The notes beneath the pieces were generated by a model. It ran no database searches, had not been told where the DNA came from, and worked only from the letters and a program-made list of their open reading frames with translations. Shown here one piece after another: positions 1 to 9,766 of a stretch of 64,000 nt of DNA. Position numbers and translations under genes: made by a program. The stretch comes from Candidatus Dojkabacteria bacterium (lineage in GTDB: Bacteria > Patescibacteriota > Dojkabacteria > SC72), in the NCBI GenBank assembly GCA_016182915.1, contig JACPFP010000003.1, positions 86,788 to 150,787 on the forward strand, in the 5' to 3' direction. The number at the start of each line of letters is the position of its first letter. The stretch's first letter is position 1.

Positions 1-135
1 GATACTACTCATCTGGTCTAGTAACCCCGAGGCAAATTGCCCCAAGGTATAATCCACATACTCCTAACGAATGGTCAAGAAAAGTCGAGTATGTAATGAG
101 TCAAATGTAGTATTTTTCTGTATAATATCAATATT

Positions 136-1197
136 ATGAGCAAGAAAGTCTTTGTTGGATTATCTGGCGGAGTTGATAGCGCAGTAGCTTCACTCCTACT
201 CCTTAAACAGGGTTACGACGTAACTGGTGTTTTCATGAAAAATTGGTCTGGAGAAGATTACGGAATTACTGATCAATGCCCATGGAAAGAGGACCTGGAG
301 GCTGCAAGAGAAGTAGCAAAATACCTCTCTATAGAACTTAAGGTCTATAATTTTGAGAAGGAGTATAGAGAGTTGGTAGTGAAAGACTTTTTCTACCAGT
401 ACAGTATTGGTAACACCCCCAATCCAGATATTCTCTGCAACAAATTTATAAAATTCGATAAGTTCCTAGAAAAAGCCATAGAAGAAGGCGCTGATTATAT
501 TGCCACTGGTCACTATGCCCATACAGACGGAAAGTCCCTTTTCAATGCCAAGGATGCAAACAAAGATCAAACATATTTCCTTCACCAGCTCACTGAAGCA
601 CAGCTCTCGCATGCGCTTTTTCCACTAGAAGAACTGAATAAAAGTGAAGTAAGGGAAATAGCGAAAAAAGAAGGATTACCTAACTATGCACGAAAAGACA
701 GTCAAGGAATATGCTTTATTGGGAAAGTTGATATTCAGGAGTTTCTAAAACAGGAATTAAAGGAGAAAACAGGAAATATAATTGATGTAGATTCAAATAA
801 GGTTGTAGGGAAACATATCGGGGTCTGGTTCTATACAATCGGTCAGAGGCAAGGGCTAAATGTTGGAGGGTTGAAATCTCCATACTTTGTATCGAGTAAA
901 GATGTTGAAAATAATATCCTTTATGTAGCACAGGGAAAAAAGAATCCGAAACTTTGGACCTTCAAATACGAAGTTGGTGAACTACACTTAATTAATAATG
1001 ACGATAACCTAGTAGGAATTGAAGGAGTAATCAGATACAGAGGCACAAGGTCAAAAGTAGAAGCTACAACCAATGGCACTTCGACAACAGTCACTTTTGA
1101 AAAACCTCAGTGGGGAGGGGCAGTTGGACAGAGTATAGTACTCTACAAAGACCGAAAGTGCCTTGGAGGCGGAGCTATAACAAAAATAGTTGAATAG
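136..1197 (+). CDS. mnmA: tRNA 2-thiouridylase MnmA
   Basis: PP-loop SGGVDS motif at N-terminus; full-length (353 aa) MnmA/TrmU-like sequence. Confidence 0.9.
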   Translation: MSKKVFVGLSGGVDSAVASLLLLKQGYDVTGVFMKNWSGEDYGITDQCPWKEDLEAAREVAKYLSIELKVYNFEKEYRELVVKDFFYQYSIGNTPNPDILCNKFIKFDKFLEKAIEEGADYIATGHYAHTDGKSLFNAKDANKDQTYFLHQLTEAQLSHALFPLEELNKSEVREIAKKEGLPNYARKDSQGICFIGKVDIQEFLKQELKEKTGNIIDVDSNKVVGKHIGVWFYTIGQRQGLNVGGLKSPYFVSSKDVENNILYVAQGKKNPKLWTFKYEVGELHLINNDDNLVGIEGVIRYRGTRSKVEATTNGTSTTVTFEKPQWGGAVGQSIVLYKDRKCLGGGAITKIVE

Positions 1198-1249
1198 TGG
1201 TAGGTAATTAATGTAAAATGGGATTTGCGTTTAACTAAAGAAGATTACA

Positions 1250-3463
1250 ATGCTTTCATTCAAGAAATATCTTAACCCGATTATTAGTAGTATTGATAAG
1301 CTCCTCGATTTTTCAGATATAGCGAACATTTCTCCTGAGTTTGAGAAGGAGTATCCATACCTTGCCCAAAGTCTCAAGGTTATAAGCAAGCAGATTCAAA
1401 GCTTGTTGCAAACTATGGATCAGTTAGAAAAAGAGCTTGAAGTACAGGTTCGAATTATTGATACAGAGACAGGGGATGACAAAGCAGCAGCAGTTAAAAT
1501 TTACAATCAGTTGCTTAAAAAGATTCAAGAGGTAGTGAGAAGAATCAACATAGAAGCCTCAGTGCTGGATTCCCCATACTTCGGGAAGGTTGTGTTTGAC
1601 AGAGAAAGAAGCGGTAACTTTCCTGCCGGAAAGATTACTGCTTACATAGGAAAGTTTGCATACTTTGACAGAGAGAGTAAAGCCTCATTAATAACGGATT
1701 GGAGAGCTCCAATCGCAAACCTATACTACACAAATTCGGGTCCAGTTAAAAATGTTGAATTTACAAGCCCAAGAGGTATCCAAAAGGGTGACATTGAAGA
1801 GAAGAAAATGTTTGAAATTTCTAAATCTAGAATAAAAAGTATCTACGATTCAAAGAGTGGTAATAGTGCTGCAGATGAATTTCTTCTTTCACAACTTAAC
1901 CAGAAGATTGGACAGAAACTTACGGACATTGTTTCAACAATACAGAATGAGCAGAACTTAATAATTAGGGATACTATAAATAAGCTGGTAGTGTTGCAGG
2001 GGGTAGCTGGAAGTGGAAAAACAACAATTGTTCTTCACAGGCTTGCATACCTCTTCTTTGCCTATCCAAATATGAGTTCGAAACGAACTCTAATTATTGC
2101 TCCTAATAAACTATTTTTGGATTACATTTCAGGGGTACTCCCCTCTTTGGGAATCGATGGGGTAGAAGCTAATACATACCTTTTCTGGGCAAAAAAAATA
2201 TTAAAGTGGGATAATAAGTATATACTTTCTACAGCATCTCCCGACCTAGAAAGCCAGAAAGTTAAAGGGTCAAAAGAGTTTTTAGTTGAACTCATTGAAA
2301 AGTTCGATGAGTATATTGAGAACCTTCTTCAAACTGCTCCATACTCAGATAAAGAGAAGCTCTACTCAAACTACTACGAAATTAGGAGAAAATCTCCGGG
2401 AATATCTACTTTTGAGGCCTTACACCTTTCCCTTGAAAAAATTAAATCTGAGCTCTTATTTAAAAATACGTCTCTTTCAATGAGTAAGCTTGGAATACTG
2501 ACAGAGGTTATATCAAACAATGTTCTGAAACACTTCAAGGACAATTTAAGCCTCTTTGCTATATATAAGGGGGTTATCGCAGAAATGGAGATACACAAAG
2601 CAGTTAAGGATAGAACTAAGAGTACCCTTAAAAAAGCAAAGCGATACTATTATTATGAACTTGAAGATCTTGCCCCCCTTACCATTCTTCACCTACTTCT
2701 AAATGGGGCTTCAGAGATACAAAAGGATTACATTATTGCTGATGAAGCACAAGATTTAAGTTTCCCACAGATATACTCCCTCCTTATGGTATCAAAGAAC
2801 AACAATCTAATGCTGGCTGGTGACCTTGCACAGGCAATCAAAACTCCAAACAATATTGATGATTGGATAGAGCTTCTTGACACCTTTAGACATCTGAAAA
2901 CCGGGAAACTTACGCTTGAGTACCATCAGCTTAATAAATGCTACCGAACAACGATAGAAATAATGGAGTATGTAACATCAAAAATAGACGGGGTTTTTCC
3001 CAAAACATATTTAAGGCCTCAGGCAGTTTTAAGACATGGTGAACCAGTGGTTGAGATTAAAACTGAACATCCCCTCCTTCTCGCAAACTCCTCCGTTGAT
3101 AGTCTAACAGAAGTGATAATGAAGGAGGTAGAAAAAAATAGAAATACAATCGCCATAATAGCAAAAAGCTCAGAAGGGGCTGAAACAATCTATCGAAAAC
3201 TCTCAGAAAATAAAGACGTGGCAGAACATCTTGTACCAATGGAAAGCAATAACTACTCATCTGGAATAATTGTAACATCCGTGCTTAATGCAAAAGGACT
3301 AGAGTTTGACACGGTTTTTTTAATTGATGTAAGCAAGGAAGAATATAATGCAAATTTTGAAGATGCAAGGAAGTTCTACGTTGCAACAACAAGGGCTCTA
3401 CATATGCTCTATATTACATATCCAGTAGATAATCCATCAACATTACTAAAAAATGATAAATAA
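1250..3463 (+). CDS. HelD-like UvrD-family helicase (helicase IV-like)
   Basis: Walker A GVAGSGKTT about 250 aa in; DWRAPI motif recalled from HelD; coiled-coil N-terminal region; 737 aa. Confidence 0.7.
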   Translation: MLSFKKYLNPIISSIDKLLDFSDIANISPEFEKEYPYLAQSLKVISKQIQSLLQTMDQLEKELEVQVRIIDTETGDDKAAAVKIYNQLLKKIQEVVRRINIEASVLDSPYFGKVVFDRERSGNFPAGKITAYIGKFAYFDRESKASLITDWRAPIANLYYTNSGPVKNVEFTSPRGIQKGDIEEKKMFEISKSRIKSIYDSKSGNSAADEFLLSQLNQKIGQKLTDIVSTIQNEQNLIIRDTINKLVVLQGVAGSGKTTIVLHRLAYLFFAYPNMSSKRTLIIAPNKLFLDYISGVLPSLGIDGVEANTYLFWAKKILKWDNKYILSTASPDLESQKVKGSKEFLVELIEKFDEYIENLLQTAPYSDKEKLYSNYYEIRRKSPGISTFEALHLSLEKIKSELLFKNTSLSMSKLGILTEVISNNVLKHFKDNLSLFAIYKGVIAEMEIHKAVKDRTKSTLKKAKRYYYYELEDLAPLTILHLLLNGASEIQKDYIIADEAQDLSFPQIYSLLMVSKNNNLMLAGDLAQAIKTPNNIDDWIELLDTFRHLKTGKLTLEYHQLNKCYRTTIEIMEYVTSKIDGVFPKTYLRPQAVLRHGEPVVEIKTEHPLLLANSSVDSLTEVIMKEVEKNRNTIAIIAKSSEGAETIYRKLSENKDVAEHLVPMESNNYSSGIIVTSVLNAKGLEFDTVFLIDVSKEEYNANFEDARKFYVATTRALHMLYITYPVDNPSTLLKNDK

Positions 3464-5141
3464 ACCTTTTTTCACAAGATTCTTAATCCCTTTACTTATA
3501 TCAATCTCCTTATTTCTTCTATCTTTCTATTCGGTTAAAAACAGCTCTTACACAACAGATGAAATCAGTCACGTCGCAAGAGGAACGATGCTAATAAGAA
3601 CTGGTGACTATAGAATTAACCAGCATCATCCTATTCTTTTCAATGTTCTGCACTCGCTTCCAATAGCATTAAATGTTGATTTTGTAAGTGAGGATCTAAC
3701 AAGCACCAATTGGATTGAGGCAAAAAAGGATGACATTGCCTCGGATCTCGTAAACCTAAATGGTGGGAAAGTAAATTACTCCCTTACATTTCTCGTTGAT
3801 GCACGTTTAGTTGCTTCGGCGCTATCTGCAATCCTACTGTTTGTCATTTACCAGCTTCTGTACAGATACTTTGGCTTAATAAAAGCCGGAATCTCTACTC
3901 TACTTCTTGCGTTCTCCCCAACCCTAATTGCACACTCCGGATTAGTTACAACGGACGTTCCAGCTATGTATATGATTTTTATTGCTTCGCTTGCTTTATA
4001 TAGCGACCTTAAGTCAACAAAGAAGAATCCAAAACACTTCCCTATCTTCTTTATTGTTTCTGCTTTTATAGCGATTATAAGTAAATATACAGCAACACTT
4101 CTCCTGCCTTTTTGGATACTTATCTATATATTTGTAGCTTACAAATATTACAAAGAAGGAATACTTCAGATTATTAAGCAAGTTGCCACAATAATTGCGG
4201 CAATCATACTACTTCTAACTGCTGCATACGGATTTAGATTTTCTACAATCTTCGACGCTGATTATAATAATCCAGGAAAGATAGAAGCCACATATGATCA
4301 CTTATATACAATAGATAGGATAGTACCATTTAATAATATTGAATTTTTAAACTGGGTATATCGAGATATTAAGTTCCCCTTTCCTGAATATCTGAAAGGT
4401 TTCTACGACAACGTTGTCAAACATAATTTCCATGGGCATAAAACATATTTACTTGGTAAGTCTAGTAATGGTGGTAACCCTCTATACTTTCCCGTTGCGT
4501 TTATAACAAAGGAGACAATACCTTTCGTTTTTATTTCCCTGTTTTCCGTTATTTACGTATTCTCTCTGTTAAGAAGAAATAAGGAACATTTTCTTCAAGG
4601 GCGAGCAGAATATCTACCCCTTCTTATAACTCCTATCATTCTTACCCTTCTTTCGCTCTCAAGCTCTATTAATATAGGGATTAGGCATCTACTGCCTATA
4701 TATCCATTCCTGACTCTAGCAGTTGCTTACACAATCACAGAGCTGTACAAGAGGTATAAGCAGTATAGGTGGTATATACCCTTTATTTCTATACTAATAC
4801 TCGCACACGTTCTCCTTTCGGCTACCCATTTCCCCAACTACATCGGTTACTTCAACCAGATTGTTGGAAAAGAAGAGTATAACTACTTATACCTTCAAGA
4901 CAGTAATTTTGACTGGGGGCAAGAGGATCATTTGGCAGATATAGAAAGAGAAAGGATTAAGGACACTTCCTTAATAGTTCAGCCCAAAGAAAGTATATCA
5001 ACAAATATAAAGGCAATAGAAACGTGGGAGGTATGCTTAAGATACAGATACTTCAGTGGGGATATCAAACCGGTAAAATCCATTGGGAAAAACTTCTTAG
5101 AGTTTGATATTCCAGATAAAAAAGAATTATGTAACTTTTAA
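3453..5141 (+). CDS. GT39/GT83-like (ArnT/PMT-type) polytopic membrane glycosyltransferase
   Basis: about 12 predicted TM helices; DE-containing first loop; overall ArnT/PMT_2-like architecture; inference from sequence. Confidence 0.5.
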   Translation: MINKPFFTRFLIPLLISISLFLLSFYSVKNSSYTTDEISHVARGTMLIRTGDYRINQHHPILFNVLHSLPIALNVDFVSEDLTSTNWIEAKKDDIASDLVNLNGGKVNYSLTFLVDARLVASALSAILLFVIYQLLYRYFGLIKAGISTLLLAFSPTLIAHSGLVTTDVPAMYMIFIASLALYSDLKSTKKNPKHFPIFFIVSAFIAIISKYTATLLLPFWILIYIFVAYKYYKEGILQIIKQVATIIAAIILLLTAAYGFRFSTIFDADYNNPGKIEATYDHLYTIDRIVPFNNIEFLNWVYRDIKFPFPEYLKGFYDNVVKHNFHGHKTYLLGKSSNGGNPLYFPVAFITKETIPFVFISLFSVIYVFSLLRRNKEHFLQGRAEYLPLLITPIILTLLSLSSSINIGIRHLLPIYPFLTLAVAYTITELYKRYKQYRWYIPFISILILAHVLLSATHFPNYIGYFNQIVGKEEYNYLYLQDSNFDWGQEDHLADIERERIKDTSLIVQPKESISTNIKAIETWEVCLRYRYFSGDIKPVKSIGKNFLEFDIPDKKELCNF

Positions 5142-6068
5142 CTACTTTCCAATCTTCTCCACAACAAATCCGCTATAATCCTTTATATCGGATTGTCCTC
5201 TCATATACTCAATAGCAACACCAAGAATATATAGATTGAGGGCAAAGAAAAGGCCCATTATACTTGAAATACCTAATAAAAGATTATCAAAAAATAGTGA
5301 AGTAATTAGGCCTAAAAGTCCAACTACTCCCCAAAATGCCGACAACCAACCAAGTGTATATATAGGGGTATCTCCCATTTTATAGATAATGAAAACGGCT
5401 AACATATCAAAAAGCCCCCCTTGCAGTCGACTTACAAATGAAAACTTTCCACTCCCAAATTCTCTCTGCCTGTGAACAACTAAGACTTCCGTTGTTTTCC
5501 ACCTATTTGCAGAGGCGATAACAGGAAGAAATCTGAAGTGTCCAGATCTTAAGCGGAGCGATTTAGCAAGTTCTGCCTTAAAAGCTTTATATCCGTTATT
5601 CATATCATGAACCTTAACCCCAGTTATAGTTCTAATTAGTCTATTTGCAATTTTTGAGGTTAGCATATATATGAAACCGTCTTTTCTTTTCTGCTTATAG
5701 CCGATTACGAAATCACTCCCTTCATCAAGTTGTTGTATAAATTTCATTATCTCATTGGGCCTATCCTGCCCATCTCCATCCATTGTCACAATATATTCAC
5801 CTGTTGCCTCTGCGAAACCAAGCATATACTTATTCGTCTTATCTGTAACTGCCACTCCAGGATGCCTTAGAATATATCCCTTAACCTCAGGATGTTTTTT
5901 AGCAAAGTCTTTAACTACGACCGTCGAATTATTACTACTCTTGCTATCTAATACAATAATTTCAAAAGGATGTTTACTGGCTTTGAGCTCATGTAGAAGA
6001 TCGTCCAGAAAAGCCCTAAATTCACTTCCTTCATTGTAGATTGGAACTATAACCGAAATTTTTTTCAA
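5142..6068 (-). CDS. GT2 polyprenyl-phosphate sugar synthase (DPM1/ArnC/GtrB-like) with C-terminal TM region
   Basis: N-terminal VIVPIYNE GT-A motif; DGDGQD-like motif; 2 C-terminal TM helices. Confidence 0.75.
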   Translation of the reverse strand: MKKISVIVPIYNEGSEFRAFLDDLLHELKASKHPFEIIVLDSKSSNNSTVVVKDFAKKHPEVKGYILRHPGVAVTDKTNKYMLGFAEATGEYIVTMDGDGQDRPNEIMKFIQQLDEGSDFVIGYKQKRKDGFIYMLTSKIANRLIRTITGVKVHDMNNGYKAFKAELAKSLRLRSGHFRFLPVIASANRWKTTEVLVVHRQREFGSGKFSFVSRLQGGLFDMLAVFIIYKMGDTPIYTLGWLSAFWGVVGLLGLITSLFFDNLLLGISSIMGLFFALNLYILGVAIEYMRGQSDIKDYSGFVVEKIGK

Positions 6069-7084
6069 TCTAGCTTCTGATTAAACTTAACAAGAAGAGT
6101 ATAAATCTTGTGGCCAACAAATGCACTAACTTCACCAACCACGTTAACTAATCTCATACCAACTGCAATTAAAACTGAGTTTGCGGGTGATATTACCGTG
6201 AGAAAAGGAAGAAGGGCAAGGAAAACGGCTTCGCGAACACCTGTTCCACTTGGAGTAACTATAAAAAGATAGCCTAACGACCATGCAAGTGCATTTATTG
6301 AAATGAGTGTGAGCGGGAATTCGAATGAGGCAGGAACAATCGAGTACGCAAGAAGAATAAAGGAAAGGGAGTATAGTCCCCATGACATTATATAAGCAAG
6401 TACAATGATTACTCTTGATTTATTCTCCAATCTTATATTCACGTGTTTACCCAAATTTTTCTTAAATAGACCCTTTAGAATATATTTGTTAAACATCTCC
6501 CACATATAGTTCCCTTTATACATAAGAAGAAGCGTGGAAAGAATTATAAGAACGATTAGAGCAACTCCGCTCATAATAACGAGGCTTGAACGTGTACTTA
6601 AAAAACTTGTAAGTCCAAGTAGCTGGGGTACATTTTTAATCACAAAGTACATCCCCAGTGAAAGCCCAACGGCAAGAAATGTAATGTTCTCTAAAAACCA
6701 TCCCCAAAGACTCTTAAGTCTTGATACTCCATTCTTCCTATTAAACTCTCCTCTGGCAAGAATTCCGACAACATTTCCAGGTATATACCTCATTAAATAT
6801 GAATCTAAATATGTCTCTATCTGAGATTTAAGAGTCACCTTTTCTCCAGATGACTTCATTATATAGAACCAAATAAAAGCATTTAAAATTGTCTGTATAG
6901 CATATACTAAGATAGAAAGACCAAGATAGAGGGTATCTATATTATGTATGTTTTCCCAGATGTTTTCAGTTGAGGAAACCCTGCTTACGATGAAATATAT
7001 TACAATTGCATATATCGATACTTGTAAACCTTTTTTCAGGTATTTCTTTCCCGTCTTTTTAATATTTTTCATGCTCGAAATCAT
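6065..7084 (-). CDS. Flippase-like integral membrane protein (LPG-synthase TM domain / UPF0104-like)
   Basis: about 8 TM helices; 4-nt overlap with upstream GT2 gene suggests an operon. Confidence 0.5.
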   Translation of the reverse strand: MISSMKNIKKTGKKYLKKGLQVSIYAIVIYFIVSRVSSTENIWENIHNIDTLYLGLSILVYAIQTILNAFIWFYIMKSSGEKVTLKSQIETYLDSYLMRYIPGNVVGILARGEFNRKNGVSRLKSLWGWFLENITFLAVGLSLGMYFVIKNVPQLLGLTSFLSTRSSLVIMSGVALIVLIILSTLLLMYKGNYMWEMFNKYILKGLFKKNLGKHVNIRLENKSRVIIVLAYIMSWGLYSLSFILLAYSIVPASFEFPLTLISINALAWSLGYLFIVTPSGTGVREAVFLALLPFLTVISPANSVLIAVGMRLVNVVGEVSAFVGHKIYTLLVKFNQKLD

Positions 7085-7257
7085 ATCATAATCGGGGAAT
7101 TATGTGTATCAAGATGGGGAAATTATATGGGGTATTTAGATTAGAGTAATAGCAAATAGGAATAGATATCTATTTAGGTAGTATGGGAGAGAACATTTAA
7201 ACTCCAATTGTACACTCTGATATCATGGGTGGCTAATATGAGTGTACGCTATCTTGA

Positions 7258-7626
7258 ATGGGTTTATATGTTAAAGCTCCAATATATCAAAGTACTGTTT
7301 TTGGAGGTGAAATAATAGAGAATGGATTCATGGTTCCACAAATACTAATAGATTTAGGTGGAAGACTCTGCTTACGACAGCAGGGACTGGACGGAGTACT
7401 GCCTGATGATAGGATACCGGTAGGTGCATTCTCAAATCATGAGTCAAGGAATAACGCCCTTCTTGTATATGGAGAGGGTGGAATAGAGGCAGTAATGATT
7501 TCAGATCTCCCGTCGGCATTTGAAGGGACACAAAATTACGTTGCTGCCTGGAGTAATTTCATATCATACAGTGGAGAGCTTATTGCTGAAAGTTCAGATG
7601 GAGCACTTAAAGTGTATATGGGGTAA
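7258..7626 (+). CDS. hypothetical protein (locally higher GC ORF in a 580-bp intergenic region)
   Basis: 122-aa ORF with protein-like composition; no recognisable family. Confidence 0.25.
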   Translation: MGLYVKAPIYQSTVFGGEIIENGFMVPQILIDLGGRLCLRQQGLDGVLPDDRIPVGAFSNHESRNNALLVYGEGGIEAVMISDLPSAFEGTQNYVAAWSNFISYSGELIAESSDGALKVYMG

Positions 7627-7663
7627 GGGTAAAAAGCGTTTACATGTAATCCAAAACTTCTAC

Positions 7664-8515
7664 TTACAGTTTTGGACACTCCGACTTGTATAACCTTGTA
7701 AGCTTATTTTCACTATAGTTATATGCCCATATTCCCAGCTTATCTTCCTTACAAACATCTTTGAAAACACTACTCAATGTATCGGCACAGGATTCGTCTC
7801 CACAAGGAACCCCTAGAAAATGAACGGAAAAGAGTAGCTGTTCACCGGTAGAGTCGCTATCAATAAACTTTCCAAGTAAATCAACTTCAGAATGTAATTT
7901 AGTACTAAAAATTTCCTTGGTTGTGAGAGTTTCGATATCAACAACCACTAGTTTAGACTCACTTCCTAATGTAATATCATCAATAAATTTAAAGTTAGAA
8001 ACCTTATACCCATTAAAACCGCCAAACGAGTAGAGTGTACCCTCATCAATATCCTCCGAAACAGTTTGCAAGGTAGACAAGTATCGATCTGTGATGTCCG
8101 TCTGACACACAATCTCACCTCCTTTACCTGCATCGGTCATTGTTAGCCAATAGGAATTTGATAACTTAGAGGATATATTTGAAACTTCAGTATTTAGCAA
8201 TTCTGGGAGAGCAGCTTTGCTCGCTTTTGTTTTCAGTTCATTCCAAGTACAAACCTTTATAGGATAGAATGACTGAAGGGAGGTAGTGTTTTCCGACCTT
8301 TTTTGACACCATGCATATTGTAGATCGTTTAATATAGAATCATTCTGATCAGCACGTTTTATTATCTCTTTGCAGACAGTATTAGCACTCTTTGGAAAAG
8401 TTAGTAAGCTAAATTCATCAGAATCGATATAGATGAATCTAAAATATACGAGGGAAAGAAGAACTGGAATAAGGAGAATATTAACAAGGATAGATATTAC
8501 CAGTAGTTTTTTCAC
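7664..8515 (-). CDS. hypothetical secreted/membrane-anchored Cys-containing protein (start revised to GTG to avoid tRNA-Lys)
   Basis: The tracked ORF's first 30 codons are the reverse translation of tRNA-Lys. An in-frame GTG at 8515 (or CTG at 8524) precedes an N-terminal TM helix. Confidence 0.5.
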   Translation of the reverse strand: MKKLLVISILVNILLIPVLLSLVYFRFIYIDSDEFSLLTFPKSANTVCKEIIKRADQNDSILNDLQYAWCQKRSENTTSLQSFYPIKVCTWNELKTKASKAALPELLNTEVSNISSKLSNSYWLTMTDAGKGGEIVCQTDITDRYLSTLQTVSEDIDEGTLYSFGGFNGYKVSNFKFIDDITLGSESKLVVVDIETLTTKEIFSTKLHSEVDLLGKFIDSDSTGEQLLFSVHFLGVPCGDESCADTLSSVFKDVCKEDKLGIWAYNYSENKLTRLYKSECPKL

Positions 8516-8544
8516 AAACTTCAGACATAAATTAAGCCATGAAA

Positions 8545-8620
8545 TGGTGGGTCGTCTGGGATTCGAACCCAGGACCAACTGGTTAAAAGCCAGATGCTCT
8601 ACCAACTGAGCTAACGACCC
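8545..8620 (-). tRNA. tRNA-Lys(TTT)
   Basis: Cloverleaf read by eye; anticodon loop CUUUUAA; CCA encoded; 76 nt. Confidence 0.9.
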
Positions 8621-8651
8621 TTACTAAATCTATGCATTATACAACCTCGAA

Positions 8652-9287
8652 TCATAGATTTACAACAAATTTTGAAACGGGTGAGAAACTTTTTCTATGA
8701 ATTGGAGATATTCCGTAAGTATTAAGTGCGTCTAGGTGAAACTTAGTACCATAACCCATATGCCTTTCAAAGCCATATACGGGAAAATCTAAGGCATATT
8801 TTTTCATTTGAGTATCCCTAGCAACCTTTGCAATTATTGATGCAGCTGCAATTGAGTAGTGGTTAAGATCCCCTTTATCCATTCTAAAGCTCTCATACTG
8901 ATCCAGTGCCTTCACAGACCTACCGTCAATAATTAGATAATCTGGCTTTAAGTTGAATGAATCAATTAGAGCTTCAATTGCCCTCTTCATTGCTAGGTTA
9001 ACAGCGTTAGCAATTCCCAAAGCATCAATCTCAACATTTGAGGCACTTCCAACACCATATGCAGGTGTAATCTCTGTAATTCTTTTACAAAGCTCCTCCC
9101 TCCTCTTCTCACTCAACGTTTTACTATCCCTAACTCCATCTACAACCTGCTCCTCTGATGTGATAATCAAGGCTCCGGCAACAACGGGGCCAGCTAACGG
9201 ACCTCTCCCAACCTCATCAATCCCAGCAATATATTTATAGCCCTTTGCCCAAAGTTCCTTCTCTAGATCTAATGTTGGTAATATCAT
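8652..9287 (-). CDS. rnhB: Ribonuclease HII
   Basis: GIDEVGRGPLAGPVV active-site motif; 211 aa. Confidence 0.9.
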   Translation of the reverse strand: MILPTLDLEKELWAKGYKYIAGIDEVGRGPLAGPVVAGALIITSEEQVVDGVRDSKTLSEKRREELCKRITEITPAYGVGSASNVEIDALGIANAVNLAMKRAIEALIDSFNLKPDYLIIDGRSVKALDQYESFRMDKGDLNHYSIAAASIIAKVARDTQMKKYALDFPVYGFERHMGYGTKFHLDALNTYGISPIHRKSFSPVSKFVVNL

Positions 9288-9366
9288 AGCTGTATTTAAT
9301 CATTCTAGACTTTAGACCACAAGGTGTGTATAAAATATAGTATAGATAATTTGTCACTTTACAAAC

Positions 9367-9744
9367 ATGGATAAGGCAGGATCATTTATGAAAGGACTTC
9401 TCTTGGGAGCTCTCGCAGGCGTTGTTGGCGGAGTACTTCTTGCTCCAAAATCTGGAAAAGAAACACGTGAGGATTTAATGAAGATGGTTGATAAAGTCAA
9501 AAAGGATGCAGTTGAATACTTTGAAGAGGCAAGATCAATGGTTATGGAAAAGGTTGCAGCACTTAAAGCCGCGGGAAAGAAACTTGATGAGAAGAAGTAC
9601 TTTGCAATAGTTGGCGAGGTTGTAAGCGAGCTTAAAGACGATAAAGCAATTACATTAGATGCAGCAAAGAGACTTGGGTCTCAGCTAAGAAGAGATTGGA
9701 AAAAAGTTCAAACAGCATTCGTAGGTTCTCCTGAAACTAAATAA
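9367..9744 (+). CDS. YtxH-like (DUF948) stress protein
   Basis: N-terminal GxxxG TM helix followed by charged coiled region typical of YtxH. Confidence 0.55.
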   Translation: MDKAGSFMKGLLLGALAGVVGGVLLAPKSGKETREDLMKMVDKVKKDAVEYFEEARSMVMEKVAALKAAGKKLDEKKYFAIVGEVVSELKDDKAITLDAAKRLGSQLRRDWKKVQTAFVGSPETK

Positions 9745-9766
9745 CTAACTTAATCTAGTATTAAAG

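Noticed and set aside
7085-7663. tmRNA / RNase P / 6S RNA in the large intergenic region
   Set aside because: No tRNA-like TCGAATCC/T-arm, no tag-peptide reading frame, and no RNase P conserved blocks on either strand.
8516-8605. N-terminal 30 codons of tracked ORF 7664..8605
   Set aside because: These codons overlap tRNA-Lys on the same strand (MVEHLAFNQLVLGSNPRRP is the tRNA read as protein). Start moved to the in-frame GTG at 8515.
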